Translations under genes and position numbers: made by a program
Origin: Candidatus Micrarchaeota archaeon
GTDB lineage: Archaea; Micrarchaeota; Micrarchaeia; Anstonellales; Anstonellaceae
DNA length: 24,924 nucleotides
Assembly: GCA_043810635.1 (NCBI GenBank)
Contig: JBDRNY010000085.1
Location: 1-24,924 of the forward strand
Direction of reading: 5' to 3'
Part shown: in pieces, positions 24,896 to 24,924 of the stretch
Position numbering within the stretch: the first letter of the stretch is position 1
How the letters are laid out: each line of letters opens with the position of its first letter
Notes under the pieces: model-generated
What the model was told of the DNA's origin: nothing
Database searches by the model: none
Seen by the model: only the letters and a program-made list of their open reading frames with translations

Positions 24896-24924
24896 AACTT
24901 ACCCCACTTCTTAATTTCAACTCC

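Overview
AT-rich, gene-dense archaeal chromosome segment. GGTG(A) Shine-Dalgarno sites, TTTAAATA TATA boxes, nurA, pth2, a geranylgeranyl reductase and a stand-alone TRAM protein point to an archaeon; a DPANN/Micrarchaeota-like origin is inference only. Left part: end of a HAD-IIA hydrolase, hypotheticals, glmS, TRAM, a tiny hyper-acidic peptide, a degenerate TrpC-like barrel, a membrane-anchored thioredoxin, glycogen debranching enzyme, pth2 and nurA. Middle: two type II toxin-antitoxin pairs and a metal-homeostasis block (NikR-like regulator with a ZnuABC-type ABC transporter; DtxR-like regulator with iscS-iscU-feoA-feoB and a small Cys-rich gene missed by the ORF track). Right part: a 12-repeat Cys-rich lipoprotein, Glu/Leu/Phe/Val dehydrogenase, geranylgeranyl reductase and two membrane proteins. 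The most striking unannotated signal is a promoter motif, CA(G/C)TGGAAA-N2-TACCCCCTCCAA, that recurs four times starting exactly 26 bp before a TATA-like box: before nurA, a small unknown gene and both TA operons. Its core resembles the mini-ORB bound by Orc1/Cdc6, so it may mark a DNA-damage/repair regulon. The two copies before the TA operons extend into a 75-bp, 80%-identical direct repeat carrying an SD and a TTG in frame with each antitoxin. No rRNA, tRNA, CRISPR array or transposase was seen.
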